32,000 nucleotides of DNA from Wolbachia endosymbiont of Psylliodes chrysocephala (GCF_918342435.1 NZ_OU909470.1:1106680-1138679); one strand, 5' to 3'; shown: positions 1-8,589, numbered from the stretch's first letter. The notes: a model not told the origin generated them from the letters alone. Made by a program: numbers and translations.

Positions 1-620
1 GCAATTTAGGTAATAACATCTTCTCCAACCATGTATTAAATACCTCTTTGTCACACCCACCTTTGAAAGTCATTGGTGCAATAAATCTCTTTTCAATCCA
101 CCCGGCTACTATACTGATTCTCTCTCGTTTTCTTCCTGGGATATCTGCATAAATTTTCTTTCCTCTTGGAGCACGTCCATACTCTCGGTATAACCTATTG
201 TCAACTCCTGCTTCATCTATATATAAGATGCTAGAATGGTCTATTTTTGAGATTTTATCGATAAATCGCTGCCTATCTTCTTGATTGCGCTCTTGATATA
301 GTGTGACTTTTTTTTAAAGTAATTCTTAGCTGTTTTAGTCTATACCAAATTGAATTTATTCCAAATCCAAGATTTTGTTTCATCTCTGCCAGCGTATGAT
401 CTGGATTCTTTTGAACATATTCTTCGAGTATTTTTGGGTCTATTTTTCGAATAAAGCTGCCGTTTTTAGATGGCCTTAGGCTTTCACCAGCGGCTTTCTT
501 TTTTAACCAGCGGTACAGTGTTGCTATTCCTATCTCCAGAAGCTCCGCCACCTCAACCTTTGTCTTTCCTTTTTCTATCATCGATACTGCCTTTTCCCTT
601 AAATCCACACTATACGCCAT
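1..620 (-). pseudogene. IS630-family transposase, frameshifted in a homopolymer
   Basis: ORF 273-620(-) gives an HTH-type N-terminus (MAYSVDLREKAV...ATLYRWLKKK). Hand translation of 1-307(-) in the next frame gives KKVTLYQERNQEDRQRFIDKI..ILYIDEAGVDNRLYREYGRAPRGKKIY..RISIVAGW, which is the DDE core. The two frames meet at the T8 run 308-315 (A8 on the coding strand). A 7-nt run would give one continuous ORF. Confidence 0.8.
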
Positions 621-680
621 TATAACTCAAATAGCTTATTATACCTTTATCATTTACTTTGGGAAGTACTATAATACATG
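1..680 (-). mobile_element. IS630-family insertion sequence, partial (runs off window start); inner end approximate
   Basis: Contains an IS630/Tc1-like transposase gene on the minus strand. About 60 bp of non-coding sequence lies upstream of its ATG (618-620), before the neighbouring IS5 element begins at 685. The exact terminal repeat was not resolved. Confidence 0.7.
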
Positions 681-684
681 GTTA

Positions 685-1534
685 GAACCTGTCTTGAAAG
701 GACTTAAGTAGCTAATTTAGTAAGCATAGAAGTAATCATATTAAAGAAGATATTGGTTTTTGAAGTAAGAGGAGAATGCTCATAATCTTTGCTCATGCGC
801 CTAAAATTGGAGAGCCAAGCAAACGTTCTTTCAACAATCCAACGTTTAGGAATAACCTGGAATCCTGTAACATCAACAGCTTTCTTGGTAATCGTTAATA
901 AACATCCCGTTTCCAATAAACAGCGGTTTTGTAATTTACCTATGTATCCTTGATCAGCAAAAAACTTACGTAAAGTTGGAGCCTTGTATTTAGCTTGAGT
1001 GAAAAGATTTAGAGCACCATCACGATCTTGAACACTTGCACTATGAACATCAGCCGCAATAATTAGGCCCACTGTATCTACAACAATATGACGTTTTCTA
1101 CCCTTTATTTTTTTGCCAGCATCATATCCTCTGGATCCCCTTTTTGAGTGGTTTTTACTGATTGACTGTCAATTATTCCTACTGAAGGTGTTTCATTTTT
1201 ACCAAACATTTTTCTTACCTCTTTTACTAGCATATTATGTATTTTTTCCAATTTGCCATTACTACGCCACCTGAGAAAATAGTCATACACCGTCTTCCAT
1301 GGAGGAAAATCTTTCGGCAGCATTCTCCATTGACAACCACCTCTCATTATATACCTTATTGCATTAATAATTGTTCTGATATTGTGCTTTCTTGGCCTCC
1401 CTATCTTTCCTTGTGCAACATGTGGCTCCAAAATTTCCCATTCCTTATCACTTATATCACTTGGATACAATTTTCCCTCCTATTTTTACTTACACTATCA
1501 TATTCTTTTCCTCATTCCTTTTCAAGACATGCTC
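685..1534 (-). mobile_element. IS5-family insertion sequence, apparently complete (~850 bp)
   Basis: Imperfect terminal inverted repeats: GAACCTGTCTTGAAAGG (685-701) versus the reverse complement of 1517-1534, GAGCATGTCTTGAAAAGG. TTA sits on both flanks (682-684 and 1535-1537), consistent with a 3-bp target-site duplication. Confidence 0.7.
704..1470 (-). CDS. IS5-family DDE transposase, two frames joined by a -1 slip
   Basis: The orfA frame (1105-1470) contains MYPSDISDKEWEILEPHV...CQWRMLPKDFPPWKTVYDYFLRW. The -1 frame read through the A7 run (T7 at 1108-1114 on the plus strand) gives GKKIKGRKRHIVVDTVGLIIAADVHSASVQDRDGA...IVERTFAWLSNFRRMSKDYE. Both are classic IS5/IS427-type motifs. Confidence 0.85.
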
Positions 1535-2125
1535 TTAGAGTTTTACCAAAAACTTTTAATAGATAAAGAAACGATAGTAATAGATTCATCGCATTGGGAT
1601 GAATTTAAATTTGCGAAAGAAGATAACGTAATAGGTGTGATTCATAAGGCAACCCAAGGATTAGAATATATAGACCCAAAATATGCTAAAAGAAGAAAAG
1701 CTACTGAAGAGGAAAGACTGCTGTGGGGAGCATATCATTTTGGAGTGGGAAAAGACGGTAGAGACCAAGCTGAACATTTTTTGAAAACAGTAGGAGATTA
1801 TTCTCAAGTATTGCTTGCGCTTGATATTGAAGAAAACCAAAGTGGAGAAAATATAACGCCAAAACAAGCAGAAGATTTTGTTACTAGAATTTATAAAGTA
1901 ACAGGGCGTTTGCCATTAATTTACGGAAGTGCCTATTTTTTAGAAGATTTTGCCACCCCAATTTTAACAAAATGCCCATTGTGGATTGCAAGATGGGGAG
2001 AGGAGCCTGTGTTACCAAAAGGGTGGAAAGAGTGGACTTTATGGCAATACACCGATGGGCAAGCAGACAAGAGAAATAAATTCAACGGGACATTAGAAGA
2101 ATTAAAAGATTTTTGGATATCGTGA
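1529..2125 (+). CDS. GH25 muramidase (phage lysozyme)
   Basis: IVIDSSHWDEFKFAKEDNVIGVIHKATQGLEYIDPKYAKRR...GAYHFG...LALDIEE...LWIARWG...WTLWQYTDG matches the GH25 (lysozyme M1 type) pattern. The part of track ORF 1382-2125 upstream of 1529 is IS-derived sequence. The ATG at 1529 lies inside the IS5 terminal repeat. Confidence 0.8.
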   Translation: MLLEFYQKLLIDKETIVIDSSHWDEFKFAKEDNVIGVIHKATQGLEYIDPKYAKRRKATEEERLLWGAYHFGVGKDGRDQAEHFLKTVGDYSQVLLALDIEENQSGENITPKQAEDFVTRIYKVTGRLPLIYGSAYFLEDFATPILTKCPLWIARWGEEPVLPKGWKEWTLWQYTDGQADKRNKFNGTLEELKDFWIS

Positions 2126-3540
2126 TGTTATTGAAATCATTTAAACAATTATTCCACAAATCACCAAAACCAAAAAGCTCAGCATGGGATGCAGGAGGAT
2201 CTGGAAGAAGATTATTGCACTTTTAACCAGAGACAGGAAGTATAAATAGCTTACTCTCGCATAGTCTTGAAACTTTACGAAGTCGATCACGTGATATGGT
2301 AAGAAAGAACTCCTATGCGGCAAACATTATCGATACGATAGTGAGTAACTCTGTTGGGACAGGAATAAAGCCGCAGTCAAAGGCGAAAGATGCAGAGTTT
2401 CGGAAAAAAGTGCAAGAATTATGGCTGAGATGGACAGATGAAGCAGACAGTAGCGGAGTGAGTGATTTTTATGGATTACAAGCTTTGGTTTGTAGGAGCA
2501 TGATAGAGGGAGGAGAATGTTTTGTACGGCTGAGAACGAGAAAACGAGAAGATGGTCTTTGTGTACCGTTGCAACTGCAAGTACTTGAATCAGAGCATTT
2601 AGACAATAAGAGCAATCAAACCCTTGCCAACGGTAATGTAATTAGAAACGGGATTGAGTTCAATAGGCTTGGGCAGAGAGAAGCGTATTACCTTTTCAGA
2701 GAACATCCAGGTGAAGGCTCGTTTGGCGAATCAGTTAGAGTACCAGCAAATGATGTTTTACATATTTACAGACCACTAAGACCTGGGCAGATTCGAGGAG
2801 TACCGTGGCTTTCTACAGTACTGTTAAAGCTCTATGAACTTGATCAATATGACGATGCAGAATTAGTGAGAAAAAAGACTGCAGCGATGTTTGCTGGATT
2901 TATTACCAGACTTGATCCAGAAGCAAATATTTTAGGTGAGGCGCAAGCAAATGAGCATGGAGTAGCACTATCAGGTTTAGAGCCAGGGACTATGCAACTG
3001 CTTGATCCAGGTGAGGACATAAAATTTTCGGAACCATCTGATGTTGGGGGAAGCTATGAAGCATTCATGAAACAGCAGCTCAGAGCAATAGCAGTAGGCA
3101 CAGGGATAACGTATGAGCAGCTAACAGGAGATCTAAGTGGTGTTAATTATTCATCAATCCGAGCTGGGTTAATAGAGTTTCGGCGGAGGTGCGGAATGTT
3201 ACAGCATAACGTGGTAGTATTTCAGTTTTGCCGGCCAGTATGGGATAGGTGGTTAGAATTAGCAATACTATCTGGAGAACTAGATATAGGTGAAAAAAAG
3301 GGAGGAAAAGAAGACGTAAAATGGATAGCGCAAGGGTTTGATTGGGTGGATCCGCTAAAAGACCAGCAAGCACAACAAATGGCAGTAAGAAATGGGTTTA
3401 AAAGCAGGTCAGAGGTGGTTTCAGAGCTGGGTTACGATATAGAAGAAATCGACCAAGAAATTGCAGAAGATCAAAGACGTGCTAGTTCCTTGGGATTAAG
3501 TTTTGATTCTGACGTTACTACCAATCAAGAGATAATATGA
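2125..3540 (+). pseudogene. Phage portal protein (lambda gpB family) with an in-frame TAA at 2224-2226; restart ORF 2296-3540
   Basis: Track ORF 2296-3540 (414 aa) is portal-like. The same frame upstream reads MLLKSFKQLFHKSPKPKSSAWDAGGSGRRLLHF-TAA-PETGSINSLLSHSLETLRSRSRDMVRKNSYAAN, starting at ATG 2125, which overlaps the lysozyme stop (TGATG). This makes a coherent N-terminus interrupted by one stop. Confidence 0.8.
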
Positions 3541-4628
3541 AAAACCAAGCGATATGGCTGAGTAAACCGATGATGGTAGAGCCAAGAAGTTTTGAGTTAC
3601 TGTCATTACAAGCAGGAAAGCAGCCGATTTTTAAAAACATAAAACATGCAGTAAGAAATAGTGAAGGAGGAATAAAAGTCATACCGATACATGGAATCTT
3701 GACGAAAAAGTCAGAAGCTTTTGATGATATTTTAGGGATGACATCATATGAGAAGATACGTGAAGAGATAGAAGAAGCTTTAATAGATGAAGAAGTAGAA
3801 ACAATAATTTTGGACATAGACAGCCCCGGAGGGGAAGTAAACGGTTTATTCGACCTTTCTGACTTTATTTACGAAGCAAGGGCATTAAAAAAGATCATAG
3901 CAATAGCAAATGATGATGCGTATTCTGCAGCATATGCGATAGCGTCAAGTGCTGAAAAAGTATTTGTAAGCAGAACATCAGGAGTTGGAAGCATAGGAGT
4001 AATAGCAAGTCATATAGATCAAAGTGGATTTGATGAAAAACAGGGGATAAAATATACCGCAGTGTTTGCTGGGAATCGAAAAAACGATTTAAATCCGCAT
4101 GAGCCAATAACATCAGAAAGTGTGGAAAGCTTACAAGAGGAAGTAGACCGCCTATATGAGATGTTTGTCCAGCTCATAGCACGAAACAGAAATCTTTCAA
4201 CGGAAAAAATCAAATCAACGGAAGCAGGGCTATATTTTGGCGAGAAAGCAATAGAGATTGGACTTGCGGATGGAATCACAACGTTTTCTGAATTTATAGA
4301 TAATTATAGGAGAAACAATATGAGTAAAGCTGAATTTAACTATAAGGGCCACACCATCGATGCTGATGAATTAATGGAAGAATCAAAACGAATAGGTTAT
4401 GAGAGGTGCCGCAAGGAAGTATTAGAGGTAATACGATTATGTAATTTATCAAAGATGCCAGAAAAGATAGGAGAATTTATTGAGCAGGATGTAAATGCCA
4501 AACAAGCGCAAGAAATACTAATGTCGATACTGGCGGAGAGAACGAAGAAGACAGAGATAATGAGTACAATACCGCAAAATACACCGGAAGACTTGATGAT
4601 GCAGGTAGCGAAAAGTCGGGGCATTTGA
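3537..4628 (+). CDS. Head maturation protease / minor capsid protein C (S49, SppA/ClpP-like peptidase)
   Basis: Contains ILDIDSPGGEV...AYSAAYAIASSAEKVF..SGVGSIGV, typical of the S49 family. It sits directly after the portal gene with a 4-nt overlap, as in lambda-like head modules. Confidence 0.85.
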   Translation: MKNQAIWLSKPMMVEPRSFELLSLQAGKQPIFKNIKHAVRNSEGGIKVIPIHGILTKKSEAFDDILGMTSYEKIREEIEEALIDEEVETIILDIDSPGGEVNGLFDLSDFIYEARALKKIIAIANDDAYSAAYAIASSAEKVFVSRTSGVGSIGVIASHIDQSGFDEKQGIKYTAVFAGNRKNDLNPHEPITSESVESLQEEVDRLYEMFVQLIARNRNLSTEKIKSTEAGLYFGEKAIEIGLADGITTFSEFIDNYRRNNMSKAEFNYKGHTIDADELMEESKRIGYERCRKEVLEVIRLCNLSKMPEKIGEFIEQDVNAKQAQEILMSILAERTKKTEIMSTIPQNTPEDLMMQVAKSRGI

Positions 4629-4802
4629 TGCGCGGTATATAATGCTAACATATGCCGCGGTAAATAAGTGTTCAAAATGCGCCAGAATAACCAATTATAG
4701 AGTAACATATCTTTTACCGCAACATATAGCAACTTTAAACACCGCGGCAAACAAATCTTATAACCGCCGTATATAACACTAACAAAAGCGGCGGTAAGCA
4801 AT
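4629..4802. repeat. Array of ~7 degenerate direct repeats, (A/G)C(C/G)GC(G/C)G(T/C)A(A/T)A(T/C)AA, at ~25 bp spacing
   Basis: Copies start at 4630, 4654, 4679, 4716, 4741, 4763 and 4788. Examples are GCGCGGTATATAA, GCCGCGGTAAATAA, ACCGCGGCAAACAAA, ACCGCCGTATATAA and GCGGCGGTAAGCAA. The array fills the 189 bp gap between the protease gene and the decoration-protein gene. Confidence 0.6.
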
Positions 4803-4817
4803 CAAGGAGAAAAATTT

Positions 4818-5189
4818 ATGAGTTGTATAACTGAGCAAAATAATCTAGGTGACTTATTAAAGTATGAGGCATCAAGTCTATATTCAAGAGACCAAATAAC
4901 AGTAGCAAAAGGTCAAAATATTAAGCTTGGTGCAGTAGTTGCCAAAAAGACGGACGATGGTTTTATTAGAGTACTTAATTCCACTGGAACAGATGGCACA
5001 CAAACAGCAATAGGTGTAATAACAAGTGATGTAAACGCAACAGAAAACACCAAAGCAGTAATCATTACACGTATAGCAATGCTAGCAGATCATGCAGTTG
5101 TGTGGCCAGCAAATATCACTGAAGAGCAGAAAAATGCAGCAATAAAGCAGCTTGAAGGACGAGGGATCATCATCCGCAAGGGAGCTTAA
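4818..5189 (+). CDS. Head decoration protein (lambda gpD-like)
   Basis: 123 aa with N-terminus NLGDLLKYEASSLYSRDQITVAKGQNIKLGAVVAKK, typical of gpD-like proteins. It sits between the protease and the major capsid gene. An AAGGAGA SD lies 7 nt upstream. Confidence 0.75.
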   Translation: MSCITEQNNLGDLLKYEASSLYSRDQITVAKGQNIKLGAVVAKKTDDGFIRVLNSTGTDGTQTAIGVITSDVNATENTKAVIITRIAMLADHAVVWPANITEEQKNAAIKQLEGRGIIIRKGA

Positions 5190-5225
5190 AAAAACTATTA
5201 AAAACACAAAAGGGGGAAAAGAAAA

Positions 5226-6230
5226 ATGCAAAATCCATTTACAAATACAGCATTTAGCATGACGGCACTAACAAATGCGATAAATATATTGCCGATAAAT
5301 TATGGACGAATTGAAAATTTAAATTTGTTTCCAAGTAGATCAGTAAGATTTAGACATATTACCATAGAAGAGCAAAATGGAGTATTAAGTTTACTACCAA
5401 CGCAGTTACCCGGAGCACCAGCAACAGTAGGAAAAAGAGGAAAAAGAAAGGTAAGAACATTTACGATCCCGCATATTCCGCATGATGATGTAGTGTTACC
5501 AGAGGAAGTACAGGGAATAAGGGCATTCGGATCAGAAAGTGAACTTAAAGCGCTGGCAGATGTAATAACCGATCATTTACAGCTAATGAGAAACAAACAT
5601 GCAATAACGTTGGAGCATTTGCGAATGGGAGCGCTGAAGGGAATTATTCTTGATGCTGACGGGTCAGAATTACTAAATCTGTACAACGAATTTGAAATCA
5701 CACCAAAAGTAGTAAATTTTGCCCTTGGAACAGCAACAACAGATGTAAAGCGTAAGTGTATGGAAGTATTGAGGCATATAGAAGATAACTTAAGTGGTGA
5801 ATATATGACAGGAATTCATGCCTTGGTAAGCCCTGAGTTTTTTGATGCACTAACTTCGCATACTAAAGTAAAAGAAGCATATGAAAGATGGCAAGAAGGA
5901 GCAGCGCTAAGGAATGATATGAGATCAGGATTTACGTTCTGTGGCATAACGTTTGAGGAATATAGAGGGCAAGCAACTGATCCTGAAAGAACTGTGAGAA
6001 GATTTATTGAGAAAGATACAGGTCATTGTTTTCCACTAGGAACAGCAAGCACATTTACAACATATTTTGCACCAGCAGACTTTAATGAGACAGTAAATAC
6101 TCTTGGACAGCCACTATATGCAAAACAAGAGCCAAGAAGATTTGATAGAGGGACTGATTTACATACGCAGTCAAATCCTCTGCCAATGTGCCATAGACCA
6201 GGGACATTAATCAAAGTCGTTGCAGCATAA
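5226..6230 (+). CDS. Major capsid protein (lambda gpE family)
   Basis: 334 aa. The N-terminus MQNPFTNTAFSMTALTNAINILPINYGRIENLNLF matches the gpE-family signature. Position after the D-like gene fits, and a GGGGGAAAAG SD is present. Confidence 0.85.
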   Translation: MQNPFTNTAFSMTALTNAINILPINYGRIENLNLFPSRSVRFRHITIEEQNGVLSLLPTQLPGAPATVGKRGKRKVRTFTIPHIPHDDVVLPEEVQGIRAFGSESELKALADVITDHLQLMRNKHAITLEHLRMGALKGIILDADGSELLNLYNEFEITPKVVNFALGTATTDVKRKCMEVLRHIEDNLSGEYMTGIHALVSPEFFDALTSHTKVKEAYERWQEGAALRNDMRSGFTFCGITFEEYRGQATDPERTVRRFIEKDTGHCFPLGTASTFTTYFAPADFNETVNTLGQPLYAKQEPRRFDRGTDLHTQSNPLPMCHRPGTLIKVVAA

Positions 6231-6238
6231 CAATACTG

Positions 6239-6281
6239 GTAGAGTAACTACAAGGTGGTGAGGCACAGAACAACTCTACCG
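6239..6281 (+). terminator. Possible hairpin after the capsid gene
   Basis: GGTAGAGT (6239-6246) pairs with ACTCTACC (6274-6281). The loop is large (27 nt) and the following T-tract is weak, so support is low. Confidence 0.2.
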
Positions 6282-6327
6282 GTATGCGCTTTCTTAGCAT
6301 GTAAAGGTTAGTATATCAAAAAGAAAT

Positions 6328-6645
6328 ATGCAAGAGAATATTAAGCGATTATTGGAAGATTGTTTTAAGCATCTAGGAGTGGAAGCCATATATTGTAATA
6401 AAAATAAGGAGGGTATTCGTAAAATAAAAGTGCTAATTAAACGTCCTGAGACTACGTACTCTCTAGGTGCAGATGGAGCATTAACTCAGCAAATTGCTTC
6501 TATAGAAATACGTGAACAGGACGTTACTTCCTTTAGCATAGGTGATTATATCAAGATTGAAAAAAGGTTCTACAAGATTTTTGAACCACCGTTAAAAGAT
6601 TCTTCGAGTAAAATATGGAAAATTGAGGCAATAGAAAGTGTTTGA
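6328..6645 (+). CDS. Head-tail attachment/joining protein (gpFII-like), tentative
   Basis: 105-aa ORF between the capsid gene and the Z-like gene. The pattern ...EAIY....IKVLIK......IEIREQDV..FSIGDYIKIEKRFYKI....D....WKIEA resembles small head-tail connector proteins. Confidence 0.5.
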   Translation: MQENIKRLLEDCFKHLGVEAIYCNKNKEGIRKIKVLIKRPETTYSLGADGALTQQIASIEIREQDVTSFSIGDYIKIEKRFYKIFEPPLKDSSSKIWKIEAIESV

Positions 6646-7156
6646 TATAAAAACTGGCAATAACATAAATCAAATTATTGGTAAAATTGATAGCGATGGA
6701 TCAAAAATGAAACTTGCAGCTGTCAAAGCTCTAAATAAAACAGCAATATGGCTAAAATCAAAAGCAGCTAAGGAAATCAGTGAGGAAAAGAAGATAAAAT
6801 TAAGTTTGATAAGAAAGAGATTAAGAATTTTTAAGGCGAAAACTAGCAGATTAGACGTGTTAATTAGAGCAAATCTCTATGACATTAGAGCATCGACAAT
6901 TGGCAAAATACAAAAAACAAGAAGAGGATCGAAAGTAGGAAAGCACCAATTTATAGGAGGATTTGCAGCAGTTATGCCAAAAGGAAATAGCGGTATGTTT
7001 AAACGTGAAGGAAGAGCAGCATTGCCAATACAAGAAGTAAAGCTACCACTGGAACCTGAAGGCTCAAGAATAATAAAAGACCTTGTTAATTATGAGAGTG
7101 AGAGAGAGTTTGAGAAATACTTTAAGCATGAGCTAAACTATATTTTAAAGATATGA
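6638..7156 (+). CDS. Prophage minor tail protein Z-like (GPZ family)
   Basis: 172 aa with a GTG start overlapping the upstream stop. LAAVKALNKTAIWLKSKAAKEISEEKKIKLSLIRKRLRIFKAKT...KHQFIGGFAAVMPKGNSGMFKREGRAALPIQEVKLPL aligns by eye with lambda gpZ. Confidence 0.65.
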   Translation: MFDIKTGNNINQIIGKIDSDGSKMKLAAVKALNKTAIWLKSKAAKEISEEKKIKLSLIRKRLRIFKAKTSRLDVLIRANLYDIRASTIGKIQKTRRGSKVGKHQFIGGFAAVMPKGNSGMFKREGRAALPIQEVKLPLEPEGSRIIKDLVNYESEREFEKYFKHELNYILKI

Positions 7157-7535
7157 CAAAGTTCTGGACAGATTTACATCAAGCAATTTGTACTACACTG
7201 AAGGACATGATCCAGGAACAGAAGAATTAGCGTTGAAAGCAAGATTTGAAGCACGAATTGTGATTGATAGCACAATAGAAAATGCAGCTATTATTGTCAA
7301 AACATTAGCTGCTGAGGTTGCAAGAGTAGTAAATAAAAATACTTGGAACGTGAAAAATGTTTCACCAGGAGAATTTATATCAGGAGGAGGAGATGATTTT
7401 AGACCAGAGCTCGATGCATATTTAGTGTGGATGGTTGAATGGGTGCATACAATACACGTAGGTCGATCTATTTGGGAAGAAGGAAAAATTAAGCCACATA
7501 CCATAAACGTAGGAAATATAAATGTTGGATCATAG
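7153..7535 (+). CDS. Conserved phage hypothetical protein; either a TTG start at 7188 or frameshifted from ATG 7153
   Basis: The long ORF 7188-7535 has no ATG near its 5' end. An ATG at 7153 overlaps the upstream stop (ATGA) but reads only MTKFWTDLHQAICTTLKDMIQEQKN before a stop in a different frame. Confidence 0.5.
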
Positions 7536-7986
7536 TTTTGCGATTTCAGAGCTGAATAGGAAGCTAGCAAACGTTATTCGTATAGGAGTTGTAAAAGAAA
7601 TAGATTATGAAAAAGCAAAAGTAAGAGTGAAAATAGGAGAATTTTTAACAGATTATTTACCGTGGATAACGAGTAAAGCAGGAAAAGATAGAGATTGGTC
7701 TCCGCCAGATATCGATGAACAGGTTATGGTATTTTCTCCTCTTGGTCAACTATCATTAGGAGTGGTATTAAGAGGAATATATCAGGAAAAATACCCTGCA
7801 CTAGAAAATAAAAAAGAAATAAATAGTATGAAGTTTCAAGATGGGACGAGGTTGTTGTACGATAAAGATAAACAGCATTTAGAGATTGAAGTAGTAGACA
7901 AAATAACACTGAAGGCTGGAGGATCGAGTATAGAAATGACAAAAAGTGGAATAAAACTGAAAGGAAGTAGAATAGACCTAAATTAG
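7522..7986 (+). CDS. Baseplate assembly protein V (P2 gpV-like spike)
   Basis: ELNRKLANVIRIGVVKEIDYEKAKVRVKIGEFLTDYLPWITSKAGKDRDWSPPDIDEQVMVFSPLG matches the gpV pattern. It is first in a V-PAAR-W-J-I order. Confidence 0.85.
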   Translation: MLDHSFAISELNRKLANVIRIGVVKEIDYEKAKVRVKIGEFLTDYLPWITSKAGKDRDWSPPDIDEQVMVFSPLGQLSLGVVLRGIYQEKYPALENKKEINSMKFQDGTRLLYDKDKQHLEIEVVDKITLKAGGSSIEMTKSGIKLKGSRIDLN

Positions 7987-7991
7987 AATAT

Positions 7992-8246
7992 ATGAAAAAA
8001 GCAGTAGTTTGTATAGGAAATTATTGTAGTGGGATACCAGCTCATGTTTGTATGAGTGGAAGCAGCAATGTTTTTGAAAAAGGAAGATCTGTGTGTCGAA
8101 AAGGTGATATTGTAACTCTAGGAGAGACGATAGTACAAGGTTCAAACAGAGTATTTGTGAATGATATGGGAATAGCGAGAACAGGAGATTTGGTATCATG
8201 TGGTTTTCATGTGATGAGTAATAGCAAAAATGTATTTATAGGGTAA
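7992..8246 (+). CDS. PAAR-like spike-tip protein
   Basis: 84 aa with three G-S-x-N-V-F-type repeats: SGSSNVFEKGRSVCRKGDIV, QGSNRVFVNDMGIARTGDLVSC and SNSKNVFIG. This is typical of PAAR-repeat proteins. Confidence 0.65.
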   Translation: MKKAVVCIGNYCSGIPAHVCMSGSSNVFEKGRSVCRKGDIVTLGETIVQGSNRVFVNDMGIARTGDLVSCGFHVMSNSKNVFIG

Positions 8247-8251
8247 AAAAG

Positions 8252-8587
8252 ATGCGCGGTATGAGTGCTACTAGTGGAAAGGAATTGGAAGGTTTAGACC
8301 ATCTTAAACAATCGATAATTGATATACTGACCACCCCTATTAACAGTAGAATAATGATGAGAGATTATGGCTCAAGATTATTTGAATTAGTGGATAAGCC
8401 AATAAATAGAGATTTAACTTTGGAAATCTATTCAGCAGTAGCAGAAGCTCTACAAAGGTGGGAGGAAAGATTTAAGCTAGAAAAAGTAAAAGTTGAAGGA
8501 GTAAAAGAAGGAAAAATAACTATTTCACTTGAAGGAGTTTATCTAGCAAATGGGAAAAACATTCATTTTGATGGAATTGTAGTTTAA
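8252..8587 (+). CDS. Baseplate assembly protein W (GPW/gp25 family)
   Basis: GLDHLKQSIIDILTTPINSRIMMRDYGSRLFELVDKP matches the GPW/gp25 signature. Size is 111 aa. Confidence 0.85.
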   Translation: MRGMSATSGKELEGLDHLKQSIIDILTTPINSRIMMRDYGSRLFELVDKPINRDLTLEIYSAVAEALQRWEERFKLEKVKVEGVKEGKITISLEGVYLANGKNIHFDGIVV

Positions 8588-8589
8588 AG

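Noticed and set aside
1237-1566. Plus-strand ORFs 1237-1566, and the 1382-1528 part of the lysozyme ORF
   Set aside because: They lie inside the IS5 element, antisense to its transposase. The extension of the lysozyme frame upstream of 1529 is IS sequence, not lysozyme.
4397-4801. 134-aa minus-strand ORF spanning the protease 3' end and the intergenic repeat array
   Set aside because: It overlaps the well-supported S49 protease gene in antisense. Its openness across 4629-4801 is better explained by the repeat array lacking stops by chance.
4629-4802. Possible CRISPR array
   Set aside because: The repeats are only ~13 nt, degenerate and ~25 bp apart. This is far from CRISPR repeat/spacer dimensions, and there are no cas genes.
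7193-7570. 125-aa minus-strand ORF
   Set aside because: It is antisense to the co-directional structural operon and overlaps the gpV start. The sequence is compositionally biased with no family signature.
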